Assembly (NCBI GenBank): GCA_037189525.1
Contig: JBBCJC010000001.1
Location: forward strand, 841,750 to 905,749
Origin: Gemmatimonadales bacterium
GTDB taxonomy: Bacteria > Gemmatimonadota > Gemmatimonadetes > Gemmatimonadales > GWC2-71-9
Direction: 5' to 3'
DNA: 64,000 bases
Position numbers and translations under genes: made by a program. Below, piece after piece: positions 47,829 to 56,989 of this stretch; within the stretch, counting starts at the first letter, position 1, and each line of letters begins with the position of its first letter. Under the pieces are notes generated by a model, which was given only the letters and a program-made list of their open reading frames with translations, ran no database searches and was not told the DNA's origin.

Positions 47829-49486
47829 TCGGGCGAATTGCCGCGCTGACCGCCGTCATGCTGATCCTGCTCGCCAAGCATGGCGCCGGGCAGGCGCTGC
47901 GCGTTCGGGTACTCGAGGAAGGTACCGATCGCACGATTCCCGGCGCGCTGGTCACGCTCACGACCGACAAGGGCCAGGCCCTCACCCGCGCGCTCGCCGA
48001 TGATCGCGGCCGGTTGAGCTTCGATCTGTCGAGACCGGGAGAGTACGGGCTGATCGTCGCGCGCATCGGTCACAAGAGCCTCACGATCGAACGGATTAAA
48101 ATCGAGGCCGGCGCCGTGGTCGACATCGACGCCCGAATGCCCGAAGCACCGATTCTGTTGCCCGACCTGGTCGTGGAGGCCGAGTCCTCGAAGCAATGCG
48201 GGCTCGACGGACAAAATCGCGCAGCGAGCGGTGCGCTGTGGAGTGAGATCAGCAAGGCGCTCTGGACCTTCGAACTGGCGGACGCCCGACCGGCCAATCT
48301 CGAGTCTTCGACGTACCAGAAGCGGCTCAATCGCGCCGGCGAAGTGGTCGATGCCACCGCTACGGAGTGGCGGCCTGCCGACCGGCGCCCCTTCACCTCG
48401 CCGCCGCCTGAACGCTTGCTGCGCGACGGGTTCATCACCAGCAGGGGCACCGGCCGAGAGTACCATGGACCGGATGCCGCCCTGCTTCTCTCCGAGGCAT
48501 TTGCCCGGCGCTACTGTTTCAGCGTCCGCCCGTCACCCGACTCCGTTCTGGTGGGGTTGGCGTTTCGTCCGGCGGGACGGCCGGAACAGGTCGGGGTCGA
48601 AGGAACACTCTGGGTCGAGCGCCGAAGCGCCGCGCTGCGCAGCCTGGATTTCGGATACACCAATGTCGCCGGCCTGCCGCGGCGGGACATGATCGGCGGA
48701 CAGCTGATCTTTTCGCAGCTGGGAGGCGAGTGGATCATCAGTTCCTGGCGCATGACCGTGCCGTTTCTCGTCTCGGTGGCCGGGAGGGATTATCGAACCG
48801 GACAACGGATCAGTCGCGACAGTCTGACCGGTTTCGTCGAACGCGGCGGCGAGGCCCGGCTTGCCGGCAGCACGACGACTCGCGGTCTGACGATCGAGGG
48901 CGTCGTCTGGGATTCGGTTACCGGCCTCCCGCTTCGCGGCGCCACGATCAGCGTGGCCAACGGAAGCTTTCGGGCGGAGAGCAATCAGGACGGGCAGTTC
49001 CAGCTTTTCGTCTCGGCGCCAGGTGCGTACGCCATGGCGATCGAGCATCCGGCCCTGCGGACCTATGGTCTCGGATCCATCACGGTTTCGGCGCGTGCGG
49101 AGCGGCACGAGGCCACCTGGGTCAACGCCGGCACGCCCACCGGCGAGCGATTGGCCGGCGAGCGCTGTCTCGCTCAGGGCCCGGACGCCCTGCCCCAACT
49201 CCTCCTGGTCGATCTGGGCTCGCGATGGACGGAAACCGTCGAGGTCTCCTGGCCAGGAACGATGGTCGGCGGCATGGCGCGCCGATTTGCCGTCGCGGAA
49301 GACGGCGTCTGGATCGTCGCGGACGTCGACGGCAACGGCGTCGCATCGTTCTGCGGGCTGCCGGCCACGGCGTCGCTGACCCTTCGAGCCGGACCGTCGG
49401 GTCAAACCCGCCCGACGGCGACGGTGACACCCCGCGCCGATCGCGTCACCATCCACTCCTTCCCGCCCCCTGCCACCGAGAACTGA
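47825..49486 (+). CDS. Secreted protein with two carboxypeptidase-regulatory-like domains
   Basis: IPGALVTL...ARIGH and IEGVVWDSVTGLPLRGATI. ATGA-coupled to the upstream gene. Confidence 0.75.
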   Translation: MIGRIAALTAVMLILLAKHGAGQALRVRVLEEGTDRTIPGALVTLTTDKGQALTRALADDRGRLSFDLSRPGEYGLIVARIGHKSLTIERIKIEAGAVVDIDARMPEAPILLPDLVVEAESSKQCGLDGQNRAASGALWSEISKALWTFELADARPANLESSTYQKRLNRAGEVVDATATEWRPADRRPFTSPPPERLLRDGFITSRGTGREYHGPDAALLLSEAFARRYCFSVRPSPDSVLVGLAFRPAGRPEQVGVEGTLWVERRSAALRSLDFGYTNVAGLPRRDMIGGQLIFSQLGGEWIISSWRMTVPFLVSVAGRDYRTGQRISRDSLTGFVERGGEARLAGSTTTRGLTIEGVVWDSVTGLPLRGATISVANGSFRAESNQDGQFQLFVSAPGAYAMAIEHPALRTYGLGSITVSARAERHEATWVNAGTPTGERLAGERCLAQGPDALPQLLLVDLGSRWTETVEVSWPGTMVGGMARRFAVAEDGVWIVADVDGNGVASFCGLPATASLTLRAGPSGQTRPTATVTPRADRVTIHSFPPPATEN

Positions 49487-49552
49487 GACTCCGATCGACT
49501 TTTCCGGCAAAACCGGCGATCATATCGGGGTTCCCCACATACGCAGAGCCCC

Positions 49553-52500
49553 ATGATCCGAGAGACCGCCCGACGCCATTTTGCCGGCGTCATCCTCGTC
49601 GCCATCCTGTCCCCGTTGGCCGGCGCCGTCCAATCCGTCTCGGCCCAGCAGCCGGCCTGGAGCGTCGAAACACCGACCGGGCCCGAGCGGCCGATTACGT
49701 TCGAGGCAACGCAGGGCACCTGGATGAGCCTCGCGATCTCGCCGGATGGCCGCTATCTCGCCTTCGACCTGCTCGGCCATATCTACGAGATGCCGATCGA
49801 CGGTGGCGCCGCCCGCCAGCTGACCGGCGGTCGCTCCTGGAACCTGATGCCGCGCTACAGTCCGGACGGACAGATCATCGCGTTCTCGTCCGATCGGACG
49901 GGCAGTCACGGGATCTGGCTGATGGATCGGCAGGGCGGCAACCTGCGCAGCTTGTACACCCCGGGCGACAATACCTACCGCGCCGTCTGGGCGCCCGATG
50001 GCCAGAGCCTGCTGACTGCCAACAGCAGCGGCCTCGCGACGATCGACCTGCGCGGCAACCGGACCTCGCTGATTCGCGGCCCCGGCACCATCAATGCCGG
50101 CGCTTTCGAGCCGGACGGGGCAGGCATCCTGTTCGAACGACTTGCCCGTCCCGTGTACCCCTTCGGGTTCAACCCGTATTTCACCCCCGCCGGCGGCAGT
50201 ACGATCGAACAGCTCGACCTCCCGTCCGGGCAGACCGCGACGCTGATCCAGCGCCCCGGCGGCGCCTTCGCACCGACCCTCTCACCCGACGGTACGCTGC
50301 TCGCATATCTCAACCGTCACATCGATACGACCCGCATCATTCTCAGGAATCTGTTCACCCATCGGGAACGCGTGCTGCCCGGTGCGGTCGACCCCGATCG
50401 CCAATCGAGCCGGAGCGGATACGGACCGTATCCTGCCATGGCCTGGCATCCCGACGGGCGGCGTCTCTTCCTCAATACCGGCGGCCAGATCGTCTCCGTC
50501 GACGTGACGACCGGTACGCGAACGACGATCCCCTTCCGTGCCACGATCGATCGGCAGGCATCGAGCACGATCCGCTTTGCGAGCAAGGAGCCGGACCGCA
50601 CCGCCAAGACTCGCACTCATCGCTGGGGAACCCGCACGCCGCAGGGTATCCTCTTCGAAGCTTTGGGCGACCTGTGGCTGCAGGATGCCAAGGGGGTCGC
50701 ACGTAACCTGACCAGTTCGCCCGCGCACGAGACGAGTCCTACCGTCGACCCGCGTACCGGCGCTCTCTACTACGCCTCATGGTCGGATGACAGTCTCGGC
50801 GCCGTCTATCGGATCGCCAAATCGGGCGCACGGCCGGAACGTCTCACCACGATTCCTGCGCAGTACGGCAGCATCGCGATTGCTCCGCAGGGCGATGCGA
50901 TCGCGTTTGTCCGCGGCGCCGACGGGATCGAACATGGCACGCTCCTTTCCAACGAAGGCGAATTCGACCTCGTGCTCAGGCGGGAGTCCGGAACCGAACA
51001 ACGCGTGGCCGGCATCTCCACCCAGCCGCTCGTCTATGCCGACATTGCCGGGAAGATCCCGCCCAGCGTGAGTTTTACCGCCGACGGGCAGCGACTCATC
51101 TTCACCGAGTTCGAGCGTGACACGCTGGTGCTCAAACAGATCGGAATCGATGGCGAGAACGAATCCGTCCTGGCCAAATTTCCGAACGGTGTCGCAGCCG
51201 TGCCCTCACCCGATCTGAGCCAGATCGCGCTCCGGGAGTATCAGCGCAGCTTCATCACGCCCTTCCCGACCGGCGGCGAACCCGTGGTCGTGTCGCCCTA
51301 CGAAGGGATCGGCACTTCGGCGCGCGTCGATGCCGAAGATGGCGGCTACCTCACCTGGTCCGGCGACGGACGCACGCTGGCCTGGACCCGCGGCACCGGC
51401 TTCTATGAAAAATCGGTGAGTCGAATCCTGGCCGATCAGGCCAATCCACCCGCCACGTCAACTACCGCCGAAGCGTGGAATGGCGCGCGCGTCCCGGGAT
51501 CGACGGCACAACGCACGGAGACCGCACTCGAATTGACCGTTGCGGCTCCCACCGGCGTTACGGCTCTGACCGGCGCGCGCGTCGTCACCATGAACGGGAT
51601 GCGTCAGGTCATCGAGAACGCGACCATCCTGATCAACGGAAACCGAATCACCGCTGTCGGCGCGGGACTCACGATTCCGTCCAACGCCAAAGTCCACGAC
51701 CTGGCCGGCGCCACCATCATCCCGGGCCTGATCGACGCTCACGCCCACCCGCACATCGAACACTCGGCGCTGCACGTCATCGAGCAGCAACCGACCTACC
51801 TGTCGGGTCCGCTGGCGTACGGCGTGACGACGATGGTGGAGGTTTATGGGAACGAGTACCGTGACGGCTGGCTCAGCGACATGCTGCGCACCGGACAGAT
51901 CACGGGGCCGCGCCTCTTTACCACGGGGTCCATCATTTTCGGCCAACGTCGATCATTCCGCGCGCGGATGTTCCGGCCCATCGAGACGCTGCACGATGCG
52001 CTGGAGCAGACCCGCTGGAACAAGGACCACGGCGCCATCGCGGTGAAGGACTATGCGCAGGACACCCGGAAGCGGCGCCAGCTGACGATCACGGCGGCAC
52101 GGATGATCGGGCTCAACGTCGTCTCCGAGTCGAATGCGGAGCCGCAGATGAACCTGACCCAGATTCTCGACGGTGTCACCGGCATCGAGCACTCGATGGG
52201 GCTCGCTCCGTTCTACGACGATATCACGAAGTACTGGGGAGCCACCGCAGCCGGCAACACGCCGACGCTGCTGGTCGTCTATAACGGGCCCATGGGCGAG
52301 GGCTGGTACCATCAGGCTACCAAGCTGTGGGAAGATCCCAAGCTGACCCGCTTTCTCACGCCCGAGCACCTGATGCGGCTCCGCAATACGACCCACCTGC
52401 GAAGCGACGACATGTTCGCCTGGCGTATGGGCGCGGCGGTCAAGCAGCTGTTCGACAACGGCACCTCTGTACAGCTTGGTGCGCATGGACAGCTCTACGG

Positions 52501-52804
52501 CATCGACACGCATTTTGAGTTGGACCTGCTGGTGCGGAGCGGCTTCACGCCCGCCCAGGCTTTGGAAGTCGGCACCATCCGCGGCGCCTGGTACCACGGT
52601 CTCGACCGGGATCTGGGGTCGCTCGAAGCCGGCAAACTGGCGGATCTCGTCATTCTCGACGCCAACCCGCTGGCCGACATCGCCAATGCGCAGAAGATCC
52701 GCTTCGTCATGAAGAACGGCGTGCTATACGACGGCACCAATGCGGCACGGATCTGGCCCGATGCCAAGCCGGCCGCCGTCCCGTACTTCGCTCCGCGGCC
52801 CTAG
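49553..52804 (+). CDS. Third secreted TolB-propeller amidohydrolase, 1083 aa
   Basis: QGTWMSLAISPDG..FDLLGHIY, PGLIDAHAH, GAHGQ, LGSLEAGKLADLVILD. Confidence 0.92.
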   Translation: MIRETARRHFAGVILVAILSPLAGAVQSVSAQQPAWSVETPTGPERPITFEATQGTWMSLAISPDGRYLAFDLLGHIYEMPIDGGAARQLTGGRSWNLMPRYSPDGQIIAFSSDRTGSHGIWLMDRQGGNLRSLYTPGDNTYRAVWAPDGQSLLTANSSGLATIDLRGNRTSLIRGPGTINAGAFEPDGAGILFERLARPVYPFGFNPYFTPAGGSTIEQLDLPSGQTATLIQRPGGAFAPTLSPDGTLLAYLNRHIDTTRIILRNLFTHRERVLPGAVDPDRQSSRSGYGPYPAMAWHPDGRRLFLNTGGQIVSVDVTTGTRTTIPFRATIDRQASSTIRFASKEPDRTAKTRTHRWGTRTPQGILFEALGDLWLQDAKGVARNLTSSPAHETSPTVDPRTGALYYASWSDDSLGAVYRIAKSGARPERLTTIPAQYGSIAIAPQGDAIAFVRGADGIEHGTLLSNEGEFDLVLRRESGTEQRVAGISTQPLVYADIAGKIPPSVSFTADGQRLIFTEFERDTLVLKQIGIDGENESVLAKFPNGVAAVPSPDLSQIALREYQRSFITPFPTGGEPVVVSPYEGIGTSARVDAEDGGYLTWSGDGRTLAWTRGTGFYEKSVSRILADQANPPATSTTAEAWNGARVPGSTAQRTETALELTVAAPTGVTALTGARVVTMNGMRQVIENATILINGNRITAVGAGLTIPSNAKVHDLAGATIIPGLIDAHAHPHIEHSALHVIEQQPTYLSGPLAYGVTTMVEVYGNEYRDGWLSDMLRTGQITGPRLFTTGSIIFGQRRSFRARMFRPIETLHDALEQTRWNKDHGAIAVKDYAQDTRKRRQLTITAARMIGLNVVSESNAEPQMNLTQILDGVTGIEHSMGLAPFYDDITKYWGATAAGNTPTLLVVYNGPMGEGWYHQATKLWEDPKLTRFLTPEHLMRLRNTTHLRSDDMFAWRMGAAVKQLFDNGTSVQLGAHGQLYGIDTHFELDLLVRSGFTPAQALEVGTIRGAWYHGLDRDLGSLEAGKLADLVILDANPLADIANAQKIRFVMKNGVLYDGTNAARIWPDAKPAAVPYFAPRP

Positions 52805-52817
52805 CAGATATCAAGGG

Positions 52818-52856
52818 GACGGCCTCGACTCGCGTGTCACGAGTCGAGAGTCCGTC
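52818..52856. terminator. Stem-loop after the amidohydrolase gene
   Basis: GACGG.CTCGACTCG...CGAGTCGAG..CCGTC inverted repeat. Confidence 0.35.
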
Positions 52857-52879
52857 ACCCAGCCACCAAAGGGGCGCCC

Positions 52880-53464
52880 GTGATCGGCATCGCGTTGCTC
52901 ACCCTGGTTCAGCTTGCCCTGCCGCAGGAGAGCGATTCGCTCCCCCGCCGGATGGATGGCACGATCGACTGGTCCCGCGTGGTGGTCGTGGCGCCAGCGG
53001 AGGATCCAGACCAGCAGCCCCGGGCCCGGACGGTCCGTTACAGCGACGGTTACTATCGCCGGCTCAAGGTTCACCGGACGCTGAGCTACGCGATGCTGCC
53101 GCTGTTTGCCGGACAGTTCATCACCGGTAACCATCTGATCAACAACCCCGACACGCCAGCCGACGACTGGCGCCGCAAACTCCACAAACCGCTCGCCATC
53201 GGCACCGGCGTGGTGTTTACGGCCAACACGATCACCGGCGTCTGGAACCTGATCGAAAGCAACAAGAACCCGGACGGGCGCACCAAGCGCTGGGTCCACG
53301 GTCTGATGATGCTGGCTGCCGACGCGGGGTTTGCCTACACCGGCATGGTCCTGGCCGACAAAGCCAAGCGCGATCCGACCATGCGGAACGACCATCGCAA
53401 CCTGGCGCTGGCCTCGATGAGCATGGCCGTCAGTAGCTGGGCATTGATGGCTATTCTGGACTGA
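52880..53464 (+). CDS. Hypothetical membrane protein with four His-led hydrophobic helices
   Basis: LKVHRTLSYAMLPLF / RKLHKPLAIGTGVVF / RWVHGLMMLAA / NDHRNLALASMSMA. Confidence 0.75.
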   Translation: MIGIALLTLVQLALPQESDSLPRRMDGTIDWSRVVVVAPAEDPDQQPRARTVRYSDGYYRRLKVHRTLSYAMLPLFAGQFITGNHLINNPDTPADDWRRKLHKPLAIGTGVVFTANTITGVWNLIESNKNPDGRTKRWVHGLMMLAADAGFAYTGMVLADKAKRDPTMRNDHRNLALASMSMAVSSWALMAILD

Positions 53465-53477
53465 AGCGCGCTCGCCG

Positions 53478-53774
53478 TCACGCAACCACGTCCTTGAGCG
53501 ACGGATCGCGTTTGAACTGCGCCAGCGCAAAGGGACAGGTCGCCATGAACTTGGTCCCGTTCTCCCGAGCCCAGGCCACCGCCGCGTGGAGCAGGCGCCG
53601 CCCGATGCCTTGGCCGGACAGCGACGGATCGACCTCGGTGTGGTCGATGATGACCAGGTGGTCGTTGACTCGGCTGTAGGTCATCTCGCCCAGCCGTCGT
53701 CCGTCGACCTTATATACGAATCCGCCCCGAGGGCCGTTTTCTTCGTGTTCGATGGTGCCGGTCGGTTCCGTCAT
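53478..53774 (-). CDS. YjdJ-like small GNAT acetyltransferase
   Basis: IIDHTEVDPSLSGQGIG, ATCPFA. Confidence 0.88.
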   Translation of the reverse strand: MTEPTGTIEHEENGPRGGFVYKVDGRRLGEMTYSRVNDHLVIIDHTEVDPSLSGQGIGRRLLHAAVAWARENGTKFMATCPFALAQFKRDPSLKDVVA

Positions 53775-53887
53775 TCCCTGATCCTCATCGTGTTGGTCCC
53801 GTAAAGACCGCCTTCGGCGGTCCGGGTAAGGTACATCCTGGGGTGCAGTACGGTATTCCTGGTTATCGATTCCCCCTTGCGCCTTCG

Positions 53888-53902
53888 CTTAACAGCGTTA
53901 AG
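53888..53902. promoter_or_regulatory. TetR operator 1
   Basis: Palindrome CTTAAC-AGC-GTTAAG, 9 nt before the tetR ATG. Confidence 0.75.
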
Positions 53903-53911
53903 TTGATCTAC

Positions 53912-54559
53912 ATGAACGCCCGTCACGCTGCCTCGTTCCCCGATGACACCCGAGCCCGGATTCTCGATGCGGCCCGGGAACTCTTTGTCAATCAAGGAGT
54001 TGAGGCCACGACGATGCGCGCCATTGCGGGCCGGCTCGGGGTCAGCGCTCCCGCGATCTATCACCATTTTGCCGACAAGAAGGCCCTGATCCAGGCGCTG
54101 GTGGTCACGGACCTCCATCGACTGGCTGCCGCCTTTGCCAGGGCGCAGCGGGTCCGGGACCCGATCGAGCGGCTCCGGGAGCTGGGCCTGGCGTACGTCC
54201 AGTTCGGCCTCGAAAACCCGCAGCTCTACCGCCTCCTCTTCATGACGCCCGACCTGAAGGCCGGCGCCGAGGAGGAGATCAAGGAAGCGATGGATGCAAC
54301 GCCCGAGCAGGATGCTTACGGGATCGTACGCACCTGTGTCGAGGCGGCCATCGGCGCCGGACGATTCGGCCCGCGGCATCGCGATCCCGAGCAGGTGGCA
54401 CAGGCTCTCTGGGGTCTGGTACACGGCATCGTCTCGCTCCAGGTCGTTTTCTCGTGCCAGGCCTGGATCGAATGGCGCGACACCATGGACACGGCGGCCA
54501 TGATGATCGATGCGGCGCTGAATGGGATGCAGCAGGACGGGTCGGAGCCCGCCCCATGA
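53912..54559 (+). CDS. TetR/AcrR family regulator (WHG-like C-terminus)
   Basis: ILDAARELF..GVEATTMRAIAGRLGVSAPAIYHHFADK, LWGLVHG. Confidence 0.93.
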   Translation: MNARHAASFPDDTRARILDAARELFVNQGVEATTMRAIAGRLGVSAPAIYHHFADKKALIQALVVTDLHRLAAAFARAQRVRDPIERLRELGLAYVQFGLENPQLYRLLFMTPDLKAGAEEEIKEAMDATPEQDAYGIVRTCVEAAIGAGRFGPRHRDPEQVAQALWGLVHGIVSLQVVFSCQAWIEWRDTMDTAAMMIDAALNGMQQDGSEPAP

Positions 54560-54582
54560 GCCGCTTTTTATTTGTTCGTCGC

Positions 54583-54597
54583 CTTAACGCTGTTAGG
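54583..54597. promoter_or_regulatory. TetR operator 2
   Basis: CTTAAC-GCT-GTTAGG just before tolC, nearly the reverse complement of operator 1. Confidence 0.7.
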
Positions 54598-54603
54598 TAA
54601 ATC

Positions 54604-55941
54604 ATGATGCGCATGCTACTTCCGGTTGCTCTGATCGGTACCGTCGCGGGCGGGCTCTCGGCCCAGAGCCCCGACCTGGCGAGCTTCCTCCGCGACGCAG
54701 CAGCTGCGCACGCGGGCGTTGCGATCGAGCGGTTGGCGCTCGAGCGCGATCGGATTGCCGTAGGCCGGACCCAGGCGCTCCGTCTGCCGACGTTGTCACT
54801 CGAGGCGATGTGGGTCGAGCAGAAGGGCGGCGTCGACATCGGCGACCTGATCAATCCCGCGTTTGCTGCGCTCAACGAGATCACGGCCACCGATCGTTTT
54901 CCGACCGACGTGTCGTTTCGATTCCCGCTCAAGCAGGATGCCCGAGCCCGGATTGCGCTTCCCGTGTTCGACGCCGCGATCCCGGCCGCAGTCGCCGCCT
55001 CCAGCGCCACGCGTGATGCCCAGGCCGCTCGGCTCGCGACGGCCGAACGGGACGTGATCATCGGCCTGCAGGTCGGCTTGACTCGGCATGCGGCCGCGGT
55101 GGAAGTCGTGCGACTCCGCCAAGCGACGCTCGTAGCTTTGGACGAGCAGGTTCGCGCCGCCGAACGGCGCGCCGCGGCGGGACTCGATGCCCCGGACGTC
55201 GTGCTCCGCGCCCGCGCCGATCGCGCCGAAGCTGCGCAGCAAGTTCTGGAAGCAGAACAAACCAGGGATGCCGCGCGGCGGGCCGTCAATCGTGTAGCGC
55301 GGCGGCCGCTCGATGCGGAGCTACCGAATGTAACGGACACCGCGTTTGCGGTCAGCATCCCTCCTTCGCTCGATCAGGCCAGGCTTCGGACCACCGGCCG
55401 TTCCGAACTCGAGGCCGCCGATGCCGCGGTGCGTTATGCCGGAGCCGGCCGAGCGGCGGCGCTGGCTCCGTCGCTCCCGACCGTCAGTGTCGCGTTCGAC
55501 TACGGATTTCAAGGTAACCGCTGGCGCTTTTCCGGTGACAACGACTTTACCCAGATGACGGTGCAGGCCCGATGGACGCCCTTCACCTCAGGCCGCAACA
55601 GCCGCCGCCGCGCGGAAGCTGCGCTCGACGCCGAGCGGTCGGTCCTGGTGCGCCAGGACATCGAAGCCCAGCTCACGCTCGAAGTCGAGAATGCCTGGGA
55701 CGCGGTGGTCACCGCGGAAGCCGCCTTACAACCGGCCGCCGAGTGGGAAGCCGCCGCGACGCGGACGCTCGACCTGGTACGGCGGCGGTGGGACGAGGGC
55801 CTGGCAAGTCACCTCGAACTGGTCAGCGCCCAAGCTACCGCAACTGCTGCGCACGTTTCCCACATCCTGGCGCGATACCACCTGGCCGAGCAGCGGATCC
55901 TGCTGGCCAAGGCCACGGCCACTGTCCCGTCGATCCGCTGA
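54604..55941 (+). CDS. TolC-family outer membrane protein
   Basis: Signal peptide, LPTLSL and LPTVSV OEP repeats, RRWDEGLASHLELVSAQ. Confidence 0.85.
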   Translation: MMRMLLPVALIGTVAGGLSAQSPDLASFLRDAAAAHAGVAIERLALERDRIAVGRTQALRLPTLSLEAMWVEQKGGVDIGDLINPAFAALNEITATDRFPTDVSFRFPLKQDARARIALPVFDAAIPAAVAASSATRDAQAARLATAERDVIIGLQVGLTRHAAAVEVVRLRQATLVALDEQVRAAERRAAAGLDAPDVVLRARADRAEAAQQVLEAEQTRDAARRAVNRVARRPLDAELPNVTDTAFAVSIPPSLDQARLRTTGRSELEAADAAVRYAGAGRAAALAPSLPTVSVAFDYGFQGNRWRFSGDNDFTQMTVQARWTPFTSGRNSRRRAEAALDAERSVLVRQDIEAQLTLEVENAWDAVVTAEAALQPAAEWEAAATRTLDLVRRRWDEGLASHLELVSAQATATAAHVSHILARYHLAEQRILLAKATATVPSIR

Positions 55942-55963
55942 GCCCCGAGAAATGAGTGACGCC

Positions 55964-56989
55964 ATGAAGACTGTCCATCTCCTTCCGCTCTTCGGCCTGA
56001 CGCTGGCCGCCTGCACCTCCGCGCCTCCCGCTCAGCCGGCCACCACGGCCCGCCCGGTGCGCACGGCCGTCGTCGTCGACACCATCGCTGCGCGCCCCAT
56101 CGTCGCGGTCGGAGCGCTCGGCGCCCGGAACGAATCCGAACTGGCGTTTACCGGCGCCGGGGTGGTGGCACGGGTTGCGGTCCGCGCCGGCGAACGGGTT
56201 CGTGCCGGACAGGTCATCGCCACGCTCGATCCGCAGCAGGTCGACGCCTCACTGGCCGGGGCGCGGGCTGCTCTGGAAAAAGCGGAACGCGATGCCGCCC
56301 GCGCCCGCCGCCTGCATGCCGACTCGGTCATCGGGTTGGCGATGCTGCAGGACGCCGAGACGGCCCTGACTGCCGCACGCGCCCAGCTGGAATCCGCCAG
56401 CTTCGCACGACGGACCGCGGCCATCACGGCTCCGGCGGACGGCATCGTGCTGGTCGTCCTTCGCGATGTCGGCAGCGTCGTCGGGCCGGGGGCCGGCGTC
56501 GTCCGATTTGCCGGAACCGCAGCCGGTTCGGTCTTCCGCGCCGGACTGACCGATCGCGACGCGATTGCGGTTTCGGTGGGTGACGCAGCGGAAGTCACAC
56601 TCGACGCCGTGCCGGGCCGAGTCCTTCGCGGACGCGTGATCGAGCGGGCCGCCGCGCCCTCACCGGTAACCGGCACCTACGCAGTCGAGGTCGCGGTCGA
56701 TGGTGTCACCGACCTGCCGCGCGGCCTGGCGGGCACGGTCACCATCGCCCGACGAGTCGGTGACACGGTCCGGGTAGTCCCGATCGCGGCCATCGTCGAG
56801 GCCAATCGGGAGCGCGGGGTCGTCTACGCCGTCAACGGGACCATAGCCGAACGCCGCGATGTCACCATCGCGTTCCTGTCCGGCAATCGGGTGGCCATTG
56901 CCGGCGGCCTCGACGGCGTCAGCAAAGTGGTTACCGAAGGCGCCGCCTACCTGAACAACGGCGAAACCGTGCGCGAGGTGGCGCCGTGA
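55964..56989 (+). CDS. RND efflux periplasmic adaptor (MFP)
   Basis: Lipobox LAAC, VRAGERVRAGQVIATLD, ITAPADGIV. Alternative start at 55952. Confidence 0.9.
   Translation: MKTVHLLPLFGLTLAACTSAPPAQPATTARPVRTAVVVDTIAARPIVAVGALGARNESELAFTGAGVVARVAVRAGERVRAGQVIATLDPQQVDASLAGARAALEKAERDAARARRLHADSVIGLAMLQDAETALTAARAQLESASFARRTAAITAPADGIVLVVLRDVGSVVGPGAGVVRFAGTAAGSVFRAGLTDRDAIAVSVGDAAEVTLDAVPGRVLRGRVIERAAAPSPVTGTYAVEVAVDGVTDLPRGLAGTVTIARRVGDTVRVVPIAAIVEANRERGVVYAVNGTIAERRDVTIAFLSGNRVAIAGGLDGVSKVVTEGAAYLNNGETVREVAP

Noticed and set aside
48730..50706. 658-aa plus-strand ORF overlapping two genes
   Set aside because: Alternative-frame artefact with no motifs, overlapping two convincing CDSs
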